This document shows positions 29,311 through 39,612 of a stretch of DNA of 64,000 nucleotides, in pieces. How positions within the stretch are numbered: the first letter of the stretch is position 1; every line of letters begins with the position of its first letter. The notes below the pieces were generated by a model that saw nothing but the letters and a program-made list of their open reading frames with translations, made no database searches and had not been told where the DNA came from. A program made the translations under genes and the position numbers. This stretch comes from Natronospirales bacterium (GTDB taxonomy: Bacteria > Pseudomonadota > Gammaproteobacteria > Natronospirales > REEB76). Where the stretch lies: the NCBI GenBank assembly GCA_021816765.1, contig JAKAXB010000001.1, positions 19,665-83,664 on the forward strand. The letters are read 5' to 3'.

Positions 29311-30741
29311 ATGCATGCAGTGCCTTCCGCCTGGCGGTCTCCGGCTGCACCCTGGCGTCGCCGCTGGCTGTTGGGAACCATGTTGGTCGCGGTGATGACT
29401 TGCGGGCGGGCCGCCGTCCCCGAGGCCGTCAATTTCCGGCAAGCCGTGCGTCTCGCGCTCACGGCCAACCCGCGCGCCCTGGCGAGCACCGCCCAGGTAC
29501 AAGCTGCCCGTGCCGGGGTGACGGAGGCCCGCGGCCGCGCCCTGCCGCAGCTCAGCCTCGTGCTCAATGCCACCCGCAGCGACAATCCCCTGAACGTATT
29601 CGGTTATCGTCTCGCCGAGCGCGGCGCCAGCTTCGCGGATTTTGGCTTGGGCGAGTACACCGGCCCCGGTTCCGTGAACACCACCCCGGCAGCGCTCAAT
29701 GTGCCCGGTTATGCCAATAACTACGACACGGGGGTGGTGTTGAGCCTCCCCCTGTTCGCGGGCGGCGCGGACTTGGCGCGTATAAAGGAGTCGCGCGCCT
29801 TGCTGACCGCCGCCCAGCAGGGCGATGCCGCGGCCCGGGCGGGCCTCATTTATGAGGTATTGCAGGCCTATGCCGGCGTACGCGCCACCCAGGAACTGGC
29901 TGTCGCGGCACGCCAGGCCCTGGCGGCGGCACAGGCGTATGCCGGTACGGCCGCATCCCTCTACCGGCAGGGCATCGTCATCGAGAGTGATGTGCTGCTG
30001 GCCAAGGCCCATGAGGAATCGGCCCGGGCGGCGCTGTCCGCCGCCGAGGCCGAAGCGCTGAATCAGTTGGATGCGTTCCGTCTGCTCATCGGTCGGCCTG
30101 ACAGCGATCTCGTTCCGGGACCCGCGGTGGAGATGCCGGCACCCGCCGGCACGTTGCTCACACTGGAAGATCAAGCGCTTGCCCATAACCCGCAACTGCT
30201 CGCCATGCGTTCGCGGGAGGCGGCGGGCGAAGCCGCCACGGGGGCCGCCCGTGCCGCCTATTGGCCGCAGGTGAATCTGGTACTGCGCCACGACTGGAAT
30301 GCCGACAGCCTGGCACTGCGGGCGCCGTCCAACACCGTCATGGCGCTGTTTTCCTGGCAGCTATTCAATTCCGGCGCCCAGTACGGCGCGCTGCAACGCG
30401 CCGCGGCGGAACAGCGCCGTGCCGCCGCCCAATACCAGGCGACGGCCGACGCTGTCCGTCTCGCCGTGGACCGGACATTCCGCGGTGCGGAAACCGCCGC
30501 CCTGCAGGCGCAGGCCAGCGACCTGATCGCCGGGCAGGCCCGGCAGGCGGCGCATCTTCTCAGTCTGCGCTACGCACAGGGACTCACCACACTTGCCCAG
30601 CTCCTGGATGGCCAGGCGCGTCTCGATGCGGCACGCGCCGGACGCGTGCAGGCTCACTACGCGGCGCTGCTCGCCCGCGCGCGCCTGCGTTTGCTGACCA
30701 ATGAGCTGGATGCGGGCACTGCAAAGGATCAAGGTGACTGA
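29311..30741 (+). CDS. TolC family outer membrane efflux protein
   Basis: Two OEP repeats (ALTANP / ALAHNP, LPLFAGG / WQLFNSG). Confidence 0.88.
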   Translation: MHAVPSAWRSPAAPWRRRWLLGTMLVAVMTCGRAAVPEAVNFRQAVRLALTANPRALASTAQVQAARAGVTEARGRALPQLSLVLNATRSDNPLNVFGYRLAERGASFADFGLGEYTGPGSVNTTPAALNVPGYANNYDTGVVLSLPLFAGGADLARIKESRALLTAAQQGDAAARAGLIYEVLQAYAGVRATQELAVAARQALAAAQAYAGTAASLYRQGIVIESDVLLAKAHEESARAALSAAEAEALNQLDAFRLLIGRPDSDLVPGPAVEMPAPAGTLLTLEDQALAHNPQLLAMRSREAAGEAATGAARAAYWPQVNLVLRHDWNADSLALRAPSNTVMALFSWQLFNSGAQYGALQRAAAEQRRAAAQYQATADAVRLAVDRTFRGAETAALQAQASDLIAGQARQAAHLLSLRYAQGLTTLAQLLDGQARLDAARAGRVQAHYAALLARARLRLLTNELDAGTAKDQGD

Positions 30742-30742
30742 C

Positions 30743-31807
30743 ATGAAAGCCCTGGCATTCTTTATCACCGGCCTCGCGCTGGTGCTGCTTACCGCCTGCT
30801 CCCACAGTCGCCCGGGTGAAACCGCTCCGGGTGCGGTGCTGCGCGCGGCGGTGATTACCGTCGCGGTTGCGCCGCTCGCGCAGAGCGTGAGTGTGCCGGG
30901 CGTGGTCATCGGCAGCGAGCACGCGGAGCTTGCATCCAGCGCCGGCGGACGCGTGACGCGCGTGTACGTGAGCGCCGGTCAGCAGGTGATGCGCGGCGCA
31001 AGGCTCGTGGACGTGGATCCCGCCGCCGGTCGTGCGGCACTGGCGCAAGCGCAGGCCCGGGATGCGGCCACGCACGCCGCGGCGGAGCAGGCGGCGCGTG
31101 ATTTCAAGCGCTATCAGGCGCTCTACACCGAGCACGCGGTTTCACCCCGGGAATTCGAGGAGATGCAGCATCGCCATGCGACCACCGCGGCGGCGGCACA
31201 AGCGGCCGATGCAATGCTTGCCGCCGCCCGCGCCGCCCTCGGCTACGCTGAGTTGCGCGCGCCGTTTGCCGGCGTGGTGGCGGCGAAGAATGTGCGCAGC
31301 GGTGATTACGCCGCATCCGGCGCACCCCTCATCGTGCTGGACGGCGGCACGCCGCAGGTGGAAACCCGGGTGAGCGGCGAGATGTTGCGCCGGATCAAGC
31401 CGGGCGAGCGGGCCGAAGTGGACATTGACGGCCACCACTGGCGTGGGACGGTGATCGAACGGGTCGCCGCTGCGGATCCTGTCACCCATACCCATCTCAT
31501 CAAGCTCGCGCTGCAGAAAGACGCCGCCGTGAACAGTGGCGCCTACGCCAGCGTGCGTTTTGTGGTGGGTAATCATCCGGCGCTCGCGGTGCCGGATACA
31601 GCGGTGATTGAGCGCGCCGGCCTCACGGGCGTGTTCGTGGTGGATGACAAAAACCGCGCGCATTTCCGCATGGTGCGCGTCGGCGCCGCGCGCGGCGGAT
31701 TCAGCGATATTCTCGCCGGACTGTCTCCCGGCGAGCGGGTGGTGGTGGCGCCCGGCGCGGAGATGGGCAACGGCACCCGGGTGCAGCCGGAGCCGGGACA
31801 TGGCTGA
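30743..31807 (+). CDS. RND efflux periplasmic adaptor subunit (lipoprotein)
   Basis: Lipobox LTAC, ELRAPFAGVV, ADPVTHT, GLSPGERVV. Confidence 0.92.
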   Translation: MKALAFFITGLALVLLTACSHSRPGETAPGAVLRAAVITVAVAPLAQSVSVPGVVIGSEHAELASSAGGRVTRVYVSAGQQVMRGARLVDVDPAAGRAALAQAQARDAATHAAAEQAARDFKRYQALYTEHAVSPREFEEMQHRHATTAAAAQAADAMLAAARAALGYAELRAPFAGVVAAKNVRSGDYAASGAPLIVLDGGTPQVETRVSGEMLRRIKPGERAEVDIDGHHWRGTVIERVAAADPVTHTHLIKLALQKDAAVNSGAYASVRFVVGNHPALAVPDTAVIERAGLTGVFVVDDKNRAHFRMVRVGAARGGFSDILAGLSPGERVVVAPGAEMGNGTRVQPEPGHG

Positions 31808-34800
31808 GGCATACGACCGACATGCACTGAACCCCGCCGGCAGACTCGCCAAAGCGTTCCTGCATTCCAAGCTCACGCCGCTCATCATGCTGGCGGCGAC
31901 ACTCTTCGGCGTGATGGCCATCCTGTTCACGCCGCGCACCTACAATCCGGACATCGTGGTGCCGGTGATGAATATCTCCGTGAGCCGCCCCGGCAGCAAC
32001 GCCGGGGAGATGCTCGACCAGGTGGTGCGGCCTCTCGAGGCACTGATGGCGGCCATCCCCGGCGTGGACCATACCTATGGTTACGCGCGTGACGATCTGG
32101 CCATGGTCACGGTGCGCTTCAAAGTGGGTGAGGACGAAGAGAAGAGTCTCGTCAAGGTTTACAGTCAGCTCGACAGTAATCTGAACCGCATGCCGCCCGG
32201 CACGCAACCGCCGCTGGTGCAGTCGGTGAGTCTCTACGACGTGCCGCTGGTCACGCTCACGCTGAGTTCGTCGCAGTACGGCGCGCTGCGTCTGCGCGAA
32301 ATCGCCGCTCACGTGCTGGAACAACTGCGCAGCGTGCCGCAGGTGGGCAAGACCTGGATCGCCGGTGCACCGCCGGCGGCGGTGCGGGTGTGGCTGGAGC
32401 CGGGCAAGCTCGCCGCCTACCGCATTCCGCTGCAGCGCATCACCCAGGCCCTGGCCGCCAACAACGTGGCCGTGAATGCGGGCGATCTGGTGGCTGACAA
32501 TCGCGAGACCCCGTTGCGGGTGAGCGCAGAGCTGCTGAATCCCGATGATGTGGGCAGCGTCATGCTGGGCGAGTGGCGGGGCCGGCCGGTGTTCCTGCGG
32601 GACGTGGCGCGCATCGAGAGCGCCCCCGCGAGCGATGCGGTGCATTCCCTGTTCGCCTTCGGTCCGGCGGCGGGCGTCGGCCGACCGGTGGGCCAGCCCG
32701 AACCGGCGGTGACCCTCGCCATCGCCCGCCAGAAGGGCAGCAACGGTGTGACCGTGGCGGACGCGGTGCTTACCCGTCTCAAGACCATTGAGCGGAACGC
32801 CCTGCCGCAAGGCGTGAGCGTGACGGTGACACGCAACTACGGCGCCGATGCCAACGATGCCGTCAACACCCTCATGGAGCACCTCGGCATTTCCATTCTC
32901 GCGGTGGTGGCGATCCTGCTGGTATTCCTCGGCTGGCGCGAGGCTTCGGTGGTGACGCTCTCGATTCCGCTGATCCTGTTCGTAGTGCTCGGCATCGGCT
33001 GGCTGGCAGGGCAGACCATCAACCGCATCACCCTGTTCGCCTTGATCCTGTCGCTCGGTCTGCTGGTGGATGACAGCATCGTGGTGATCGAGAACATCCA
33101 TCGCCACCTGCACCACCACCCGCAGCGCAATTTCGGTCGGCTGGTGGTGGCGGCCGCCAACGAGATCGGCAAGCCCACCATTATCGCCACGTTCACGGTG
33201 ATTCTGGCGCTCATCCCCATGGCCTTCGTCACCGGCATGATGGGACCGTTCATGGGGCCCATCCCCTTCAACGCGCCCATCGCCATGCTCACCTCGCTCA
33301 TCATCGCTTACACGGTGGTGCCCTACGTGGCTTACCGCTGGCTGAAGACCAGGGCGCGCGGCGTGATGGATGAGGCCATGAAACCGAGTCTGGAAGAACG
33401 CGGTGTCGCGCCCCGGGACTGGCTGCACCGGCTGTACATTCGCCTGTTCCAGCCACTCATGCAATCCCGGCGCCGGCGCCGCATGTTCCTGCTGGCGGTG
33501 GCGGCGCTGCTGCTCTTGGTGATGCTCCAGCCCCTGTGGCAGTTCATCCGTCCCGGCGGCGTCAACGGTCCGCTGAGCACGCTCGGCGTCGAGCTCAAGA
33601 TGCTGCCCGACGACAATGTGAATACATTCCTGGTGGAGGTTGACACCCATGCCGGTACGGCGCTGGAGGAAACCGGCCGGGTGGCGGGGGCGGTGGGCCG
33701 GGTGCTGGCACGCGACCGCTACGTGAAGGATTACCAGACTTTTCTCGGCGCGGCGGCGCCGGAGGATTTCGCCGCCATGATGCGCGGCGATGCGCTGCGT
33801 CGCGGCGGCAATTTCGCCCAGATCCGCGTGAATTTGCTGAGCAAGCATGACCGGTCCGCGGGTTCGCACGCCATCGCCCAGCAGTTCTATGTGGCGCTCG
33901 CTCCGGTGCGCGCACGGTTTCCCGATGCGCGCATCAAGATTCTCGAGACGCCGCCCGGACCGCCGGTGCGTTCGCAGATGATGGCGGCGGTGTACGGACC
34001 CGATTACGCGGTGCAACGACGCATCGCCGGGTTCGTCCGCCGGGACGTCTATCCGCGTACCTATGGCATGATCAACGTTGACGATTCCGTCGGTCATGAC
34101 GTGCGTGCGTACCGTGTGGTGGTGGAGCGGGACGCGGCGGCCCTTGCCGGCCTCTCGCCCGCTGCGGTGGCGGAGGACGTGCGTGCCTATTTCGCCGGCG
34201 TCACGGTGGGTAGCGTGCACGCGCTAGGCGCACGTGAGCCTCAGGACATTATCCTGCGTCTGCCGGCCGCCGCGCGCGACAACCGCGCGGCGCTCGCGAA
34301 CCTGTATTTGCTGAACGCCCGGGGCCAGCCGGTGGTGCTCTCCAGCATCGCGCGCATCGAGCCGGTGATCCAGGACAATCCCATCTACACCCGCGACCAG
34401 CATCCGGTGGTGTATGTCACCGGCGACATGTTGCACTCGAGTCCGGTGTACGGCGTGGTGAGTGTGACGCAGGCGCTGGACGGGCTGAAGCACGTGGCCG
34501 GCGTCCCGCTCCGTGTCGGCAACCTGGGTTTCCACGACTCCCAGCCCCACGACCTCAGCCACTACCAGTTTTTCTGGCTCGGCGAGATGCGCCTCACGCT
34601 GGACGTGTTTCGGGATCTGGGCACCGCCTTCCTGGGCGCACTGCTGCTCATCTATCTGCTGCTGGTGGGTTACTACCGCTCGTTCTTCATGCCGCTGGTG
34701 GTAATGGGCGCCATCCCGCTTACCCTGATCGGAGTATTTCCCGGCCACTGGCTCATGCACCAGCCGTTTACCGCCACCTCCATGATCGGCGTCATCGCGC

Positions 34801-35105
34801 TGGCCGGCATTGTGGTGCGCAATTCACTCCTGCTCATTGACTTCATCGTCGAGCGCCGCCGCCACGGCTATACGCTGGAGGCGGCGGTGATGGAGGCCGG
34901 TGCGGTGCGTCTGCGGCCGATCCTGCTCACGGCACTCGCCATCATCCTCGGTTCCGCCATCATGCTGACCGATCCGGTGTTCGGCGGGCTGGCCATCTCG
35001 CTCATATTCGGCGCTTTCGCCTCCACCGTGCTGACACTGTTCGTGATTCCGCTGGCGTATTTCGGCTGGCAGCGGCGGATTGCCGCGCGCCATGCGGCGC
35101 ACTGA
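31800..35105 (+). CDS. RND efflux permease (AcrB/AcrD/AcrF family)
   Basis: GLLVDDSIVVIENI, GIVVRNSLLLIDF, RLRPILLTA. Confidence 0.95.
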   Translation: MAEAYDRHALNPAGRLAKAFLHSKLTPLIMLAATLFGVMAILFTPRTYNPDIVVPVMNISVSRPGSNAGEMLDQVVRPLEALMAAIPGVDHTYGYARDDLAMVTVRFKVGEDEEKSLVKVYSQLDSNLNRMPPGTQPPLVQSVSLYDVPLVTLTLSSSQYGALRLREIAAHVLEQLRSVPQVGKTWIAGAPPAAVRVWLEPGKLAAYRIPLQRITQALAANNVAVNAGDLVADNRETPLRVSAELLNPDDVGSVMLGEWRGRPVFLRDVARIESAPASDAVHSLFAFGPAAGVGRPVGQPEPAVTLAIARQKGSNGVTVADAVLTRLKTIERNALPQGVSVTVTRNYGADANDAVNTLMEHLGISILAVVAILLVFLGWREASVVTLSIPLILFVVLGIGWLAGQTINRITLFALILSLGLLVDDSIVVIENIHRHLHHHPQRNFGRLVVAAANEIGKPTIIATFTVILALIPMAFVTGMMGPFMGPIPFNAPIAMLTSLIIAYTVVPYVAYRWLKTRARGVMDEAMKPSLEERGVAPRDWLHRLYIRLFQPLMQSRRRRRMFLLAVAALLLLVMLQPLWQFIRPGGVNGPLSTLGVELKMLPDDNVNTFLVEVDTHAGTALEETGRVAGAVGRVLARDRYVKDYQTFLGAAAPEDFAAMMRGDALRRGGNFAQIRVNLLSKHDRSAGSHAIAQQFYVALAPVRARFPDARIKILETPPGPPVRSQMMAAVYGPDYAVQRRIAGFVRRDVYPRTYGMINVDDSVGHDVRAYRVVVERDAAALAGLSPAAVAEDVRAYFAGVTVGSVHALGAREPQDIILRLPAAARDNRAALANLYLLNARGQPVVLSSIARIEPVIQDNPIYTRDQHPVVYVTGDMLHSSPVYGVVSVTQALDGLKHVAGVPLRVGNLGFHDSQPHDLSHYQFFWLGEMRLTLDVFRDLGTAFLGALLLIYLLLVGYYRSFFMPLVVMGAIPLTLIGVFPGHWLMHQPFTATSMIGVIALAGIVVRNSLLLIDFIVERRRHGYTLEAAVMEAGAVRLRPILLTALAIILGSAIMLTDPVFGGLAISLIFGAFASTVLTLFVIPLAYFGWQRRIAARHAAH

Positions 35106-35142
35106 AAGCTTTCTTCCATCTGACAAATCAAGGAGAACTCGC

Positions 35143-35361
35143 ATGACTACTGAACGTTTTGTTCGCATCTTCGCCGGTGCCGTGGTACTGGTTTCACTGG
35201 CTCTCGGCGTGCGCCACAGCCCGCTCTTTGTGAGCGGTTATTTCCTGTGGCTCACGGCTTTTGTGGGCGCCAATCTTTTGCAGAGCGGCTTCACCCGTTT
35301 CTGTCCGCTGGAGATCATGTTGAAGAAGGCCGGCATGAAATCCGGCAGCACGCTCAACTGA
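35143..35361 (+). CDS. DUF2892 (YgaP-like) small membrane protein
   Basis: ERFVRIFAG...FVGANLLQSGFTRFCP; AAGGAG RBS. Confidence 0.85.
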   Translation: MTTERFVRIFAGAVVLVSLALGVRHSPLFVSGYFLWLTAFVGANLLQSGFTRFCPLEIMLKKAGMKSGSTLN

Positions 35362-35416
35362 CTGGATTCCCGCACGGACACGGGTTCCGCGATGGGTGTT
35401 GGCGGGAGTCCGGCTC

Positions 35417-36322
35417 TCAGGCCCGTTCTGCGGGCCGCTGCGGGCTTTGTCGCGGCAGCAGTGCGAGAAACGCCTGTACTGCGGGAGGCAAATGCCGGCG
35501 CCGCAACTGCACACGATGCAGCGGGCGGCTGATCCCGAGTCCCACCACGCGGAGAACGCGCAACTGCCCGCTGCGCAGTTCCGACTCGACGACGAGGCGC
35601 GAAACAAACGCTACGCCGCCGCCGGCAGCCGCTACCTGCTTGATGGCCTCGCTGCTGCCGAGACAAACAACGCTTTTGAATTCCAGCCGTTTTTGTCTGA
35701 GCATCCCCTCGACGAAACTGCGGGTACCGGAGCCAGGCTCGCGTATCAGCAGGGTCTCGCGGCACAGGGTCTGTGGGTCCACCCGTGGCGTGCGCGTGAG
35801 CGGATGCGCAGCGCCTGCCACCGGGATGATCTCGTCATGCATGAATACTTCGGCGTTGACTTCCGGCTCGTTGAGCGGTCCCTCGGTGAAACCGAGCACG
35901 AGGCGCCGTGCCACCAGGTCGCGCTCGATGGTTTCGGTATTGGCGATTTCCACCGTGAGTTCCACCGCCGGGAAACGGCGCCGGAAGCCGGCGATGACCG
36001 GCGGCAGCAGATAGTTGCCGATGGTGCTGCTCGCACCGATCTTGAGCTCTCCGCCGCCGAGTTGTTCCATGTCGCGGATGGCGGTTTCTGCCTCGTGTTC
36101 CAGCGTAAAGATGCGTTGTGCATAGTCGTGCAGCAACTGGCCGGTCTCCGTAAGGCGCACGCCACGCGGCAGACGGTCAAAGAGCACGCTGCCGAGCCGG
36201 GCCTCCAGCTCACGCAACTGCCGGGTGGCCGCAGGCTGGCTGATATGCAGGCGCACCGCGCCGGCGCTCACGCCGCCGCTTTCCGCCACCGCATGGAAGA
36301 TCGCCAAATGCCATAGATTCAT
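35417..36322 (-). CDS. LysR family regulator (CysL/YeiE-like)
   Basis: LHISQPA HTH, GASSTIGNYLLP, REPGSGTR, SSEAIKQ. Confidence 0.92.
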   Translation of the reverse strand: MNLWHLAIFHAVAESGGVSAGAVRLHISQPAATRQLRELEARLGSVLFDRLPRGVRLTETGQLLHDYAQRIFTLEHEAETAIRDMEQLGGGELKIGASSTIGNYLLPPVIAGFRRRFPAVELTVEIANTETIERDLVARRLVLGFTEGPLNEPEVNAEVFMHDEIIPVAGAAHPLTRTPRVDPQTLCRETLLIREPGSGTRSFVEGMLRQKRLEFKSVVCLGSSEAIKQVAAAGGGVAFVSRLVVESELRSGQLRVLRVVGLGISRPLHRVQLRRRHLPPAVQAFLALLPRQSPQRPAERA

Positions 36323-36474
36323 ATCTAAAATATATACCATAAATAGATATTATGTATTTTTATTATGGCAAACACGGGCGTAGGCTTAGCGCCCTGCCGG
36401 TTCCGCAGCTGCGGTCCGGCCGCGGTTTTGCCGCCCCCCGTTCCACCGGGCGGCCAGTTTCGGGAGTGTGAGAC

Positions 36475-37032
36475 ATGAGAATTTCCACCACGTTCAAGAC
36501 CGCCGCGCTGGGGGCGCTGGTGCTGCTCTGCGGCACCGTTGCGGCTCAGGCGGCGGGTTTCTGGCAATATCCCGCCATCAAAGGTTATGGCCCGGTGCAC
36601 GTGTGGCCCGGGGCCATCGACAGGCCCAACCCTGCGGATACCTACAAGGCGCTGTTTGATTTGACTCAGAAGGGCAAGAGCTTCGACAAGCTCAATATGG
36701 GGCTCGATCACATAGCGCGTGCGGTCAATACCTTTGCCGCCGCAGGGGTGCCGCTCGATCATCTCAAGTTCGTGATCATTATTCACGGGCCGGCCACTCC
36801 CATCGCGCTCAACGAGAAGGCTTTCGAGGCCAGGTTCCACCACAAAAATCCGAATCTTGCAGTGATCGTTGCGCTGCGCAAGGCAGGCGTCGAGGTTCTG
36901 GTCTGCGGCAACGCTCTCGGTGACATGCATTTCAACCCCTCCGAGGTCAATCCTGAAATCAAGGTGGCGCTCTCGGCGCTCTCCACCCTCGTGATTCAGC
37001 AGAACGAGGGCTACGCGCTGATGCGCATGTAA
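36475..37032 (+). CDS. Periplasmic DsrE family protein
   Basis: Signal peptide; ARAVN...IIHGPA...GVEVLVCGNA...SALSTL. Confidence 0.8.
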   Translation: MRISTTFKTAALGALVLLCGTVAAQAAGFWQYPAIKGYGPVHVWPGAIDRPNPADTYKALFDLTQKGKSFDKLNMGLDHIARAVNTFAAAGVPLDHLKFVIIIHGPATPIALNEKAFEARFHHKNPNLAVIVALRKAGVEVLVCGNALGDMHFNPSEVNPEIKVALSALSTLVIQQNEGYALMRM

Positions 37033-37117
37033 GGCTTGGGACACGATTCCCGTCGCGGCGCAGGCCGCGGCGGGAGTCTTTACTGACAATAATGATGCAG
37101 AGCAATTTCCACTGAGG

Positions 37118-38134
37118 ATGAGCGACATGAATACAGGCAAGCTGCAGCGGCTGACGCTGTCACTCTTGGGGACCGTGGTTTTGGGCGCCGCTCTCGGTGC
37201 GGCCCATGCAGCGGACACCGGCTGGCACGGCCGGGTCGAGCCACCGCATTATCGCGGTGAGATCTTTCCGCCCTGGCAAAAGGGCGCGAACAATCCGGCT
37301 ACCGACAAGGGTCTCGAGCTTACCGTGCCTGAGATCAACGACCTGCCGGATTTCCACGGTAGCCCACAGGATGCCCGGCTCGTGATCTTTGTGGCCGGCA
37401 ATTACTATTTCGCCATGGCTCCGCTGGTGCACGCCTTCGAGGCCGAACATCCGCAGTTGCGCGGCCGGATTTACTACGAAACCCTGCCTCCGGGTATTCT
37501 GGTGGAGCAGATGAAGCACGGCGGCACCCTCACCGTCGGCAACATGACTTGGACGGTGAAGCCGGACGTGTACGCCGCCGGCAAGCTGAAAGTGACCGCG
37601 CTCATCCAGCACGGCATGTTGAGCGGCTCGCAGGTGAACTACGCCACCAATGACCTCGCCATCATGATCCCCAAGGGTAATCCGGCGCACATCACCGGTC
37701 TCAGGGATCTCGGACGACCGGATGTGCGTGTGGTGATGCCGAATCCCGCTTGGGAAGGTGTGGCGCGCCAGATCAAGATGTCGCTGGTGAAAGCCGGCGG
37801 GGCGGCGCTGGAAAAAGAAGTCTATGAGACCAAGGTGGCCGACGGCCGCACGATCCTCACCCACATCCATCACCGGCAGACGCCACTGTTCCTGATGCAG
37901 GGTCTGGCCGCAGCCGGGGTCACCTGGAAGTCGGAAGCGATTTTCCAGGAGCAGGTGGGCCATCCGATCAGCTACGTGCCGATTCCGGTCAATGAGAACA
38001 CCACCGCGGTGTATTCCGCCGCCGTGGTCAAGGGGGCCGCGCATCCGCAGGCGGCACATCTGTGGCTTGAGTTCCTGAAATCGCCCGTGGCACTGAAGAT
38101 TTTCGAGCACTACGGTTTCAAGGCCTATAAATAA
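37118..38134 (+). CDS. Periplasmic oxyanion-binding protein (ModA-like), no permease adjacent
   Basis: Signal peptide, DFHG, FVAGNYYF, YYETLPPG, KGNP, IHHRQTP. Confidence 0.75.
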   Translation: MSDMNTGKLQRLTLSLLGTVVLGAALGAAHAADTGWHGRVEPPHYRGEIFPPWQKGANNPATDKGLELTVPEINDLPDFHGSPQDARLVIFVAGNYYFAMAPLVHAFEAEHPQLRGRIYYETLPPGILVEQMKHGGTLTVGNMTWTVKPDVYAAGKLKVTALIQHGMLSGSQVNYATNDLAIMIPKGNPAHITGLRDLGRPDVRVVMPNPAWEGVARQIKMSLVKAGGAALEKEVYETKVADGRTILTHIHHRQTPLFLMQGLAAAGVTWKSEAIFQEQVGHPISYVPIPVNENTTAVYSAAVVKGAAHPQAAHLWLEFLKSPVALKIFEHYGFKAYK

Positions 38135-38184
38135 ACCGCGAGCCGGCCTGGAACAGGCCGGCTTGTTTTTGGGAGGGGAACGCT

Positions 38185-39258
38185 ATGGCAACTGTGGCGA
38201 ATGACATACTCAAGCCCGGCGCCGAGCGCGATGCGGCCTGGCGGCTCGTGGGCTTCGTGCTGCTGGCGGTGCGCTTTGTGCAGGGATGGATCTTCTGGGG
38301 CGGTGGCAGCCGGCGGTTCATCTATGCCCCGCAGAAACTCGACCCGCATGCGGCGAGCTGGATGGCCAACAAGTTCCAGACCGCCATGCCGGGCGCGATT
38401 CTCGGCATGGACAAGCTGGTGGATTTCATGCTGCACCATTCCACGCTGCTCTATACCGGCGTGATTGTCTTCAGCGCCGTGGAACTCATCGCCGGTTTGT
38501 TCCTCATCTTCGGCTTCCTCACGCGCATTTCGGCGCTGGCAACCATCGGGCTCAGCTTCGTGCTCATGCTGCTGTTCGGCTGGCAGGGGGCCACCTGCAT
38601 TGACGAGTGGACCATGGCCTCGGCCAATTTCGCCATGGGCGTGGTGCTGCTGGTCGCCGGTGCGGGGGCCGTATCGGTGGATGCCTGGCTCATGCGCCGC
38701 CGGCCGGCGCTTGCCGGGCGCGGCTGGTTCCGCTGGCTTGGAAGCGGCACCTGGAGTCCGGCACAGGCACGTCGCTGGAGCATTGCCGGCGCTATCGTGA
38801 CGGTGCTCTTCGTGGTGCTTACCTATAACTACTATCGCGGCTCGGTGCTGACGCCGTTCCACGGTGGCCCGGTGAGTCCGGCCAAGCACCACATCAGTCT
38901 GTCGCAGGGCAGCCTGCAGACCGATGGCGCAGTGCGTTTTACCGCCTACCTGGATGCGGGCACGCCGGCCGAGCCCGCCAACGTCGTCGCAGCCGACCTG
39001 ATCGGGTCTGATGGCAAGGCGGCGGAGGAGTGGAGCGGGGCGAGCCTCGCGGCGCTGCCCAAGAGTGCGTTTGCCAATGATTACGCCTACAACAAATTCG
39101 GCCCCGGCTATGCCGGTATCACCGCCAAGATCGGAGCGCGCGCCACAGTCAGCTTGCCGCCGGCCAAGCCCGGCCTCGCGCTTGCGGCCGGCGAGTACAC
39201 GCTGGTGCTGCACAGCGTGAACGGGCACCGCTTTACCCTGGCCTTGACGCCGAAGTAG
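38185..39258 (+). CDS. doxDA: Fused DoxD-DoxA thiosulfate:quinone oxidoreductase
   Basis: RFVQGWIFWGGGSRR, FGWQGATCIDEW, followed by a soluble DoxA-like domain. Confidence 0.85.
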   Translation: MATVANDILKPGAERDAAWRLVGFVLLAVRFVQGWIFWGGGSRRFIYAPQKLDPHAASWMANKFQTAMPGAILGMDKLVDFMLHHSTLLYTGVIVFSAVELIAGLFLIFGFLTRISALATIGLSFVLMLLFGWQGATCIDEWTMASANFAMGVVLLVAGAGAVSVDAWLMRRRPALAGRGWFRWLGSGTWSPAQARRWSIAGAIVTVLFVVLTYNYYRGSVLTPFHGGPVSPAKHHISLSQGSLQTDGAVRFTAYLDAGTPAEPANVVAADLIGSDGKAAEEWSGASLAALPKSAFANDYAYNKFGPGYAGITAKIGARATVSLPPAKPGLALAAGEYTLVLHSVNGHRFTLALTPK

Positions 39259-39612
39259 CAGCCGCTGCGCGCATGCAGGACAGGAGCCACGTCAGGTAAT
39301 TGCAGAACTTGTTTGACGCGGCTCCTTGTCCGGCCGAAGTGAGGCCACAGGTTCGCGGGATCACTGGCCGCCGGCTCCCGGGTTGGCTGCGAGCAGGATC
39401 AATCCTCCCGCCAGGAGGATCAATTTTCCGGATAACAATGACGGGTGCAGCGCACCGGCCGCTCGCCGTTGATGTTGTGCTTTAACATACCGACACGCGG
39501 TAATATTGGTGCCCGCCTGCCGTGCAGACGCCGTCATTGTTCGGCGCCGGCTCGCGGGAGGCGGTGGCTGCCAAGCTATCCGCATGGATTCACCGGGAGG
39601 AGATGACTGAGC

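Noticed and set aside
31701-34220. 839-aa minus-strand ORF, and similar long antisense ORFs at 5729-7285, 11149-12417, 49504-50889 and 56844-58595
   Set aside because: Shadow frames opposite well-supported genes in GC-rich DNA; no recognisable motifs.
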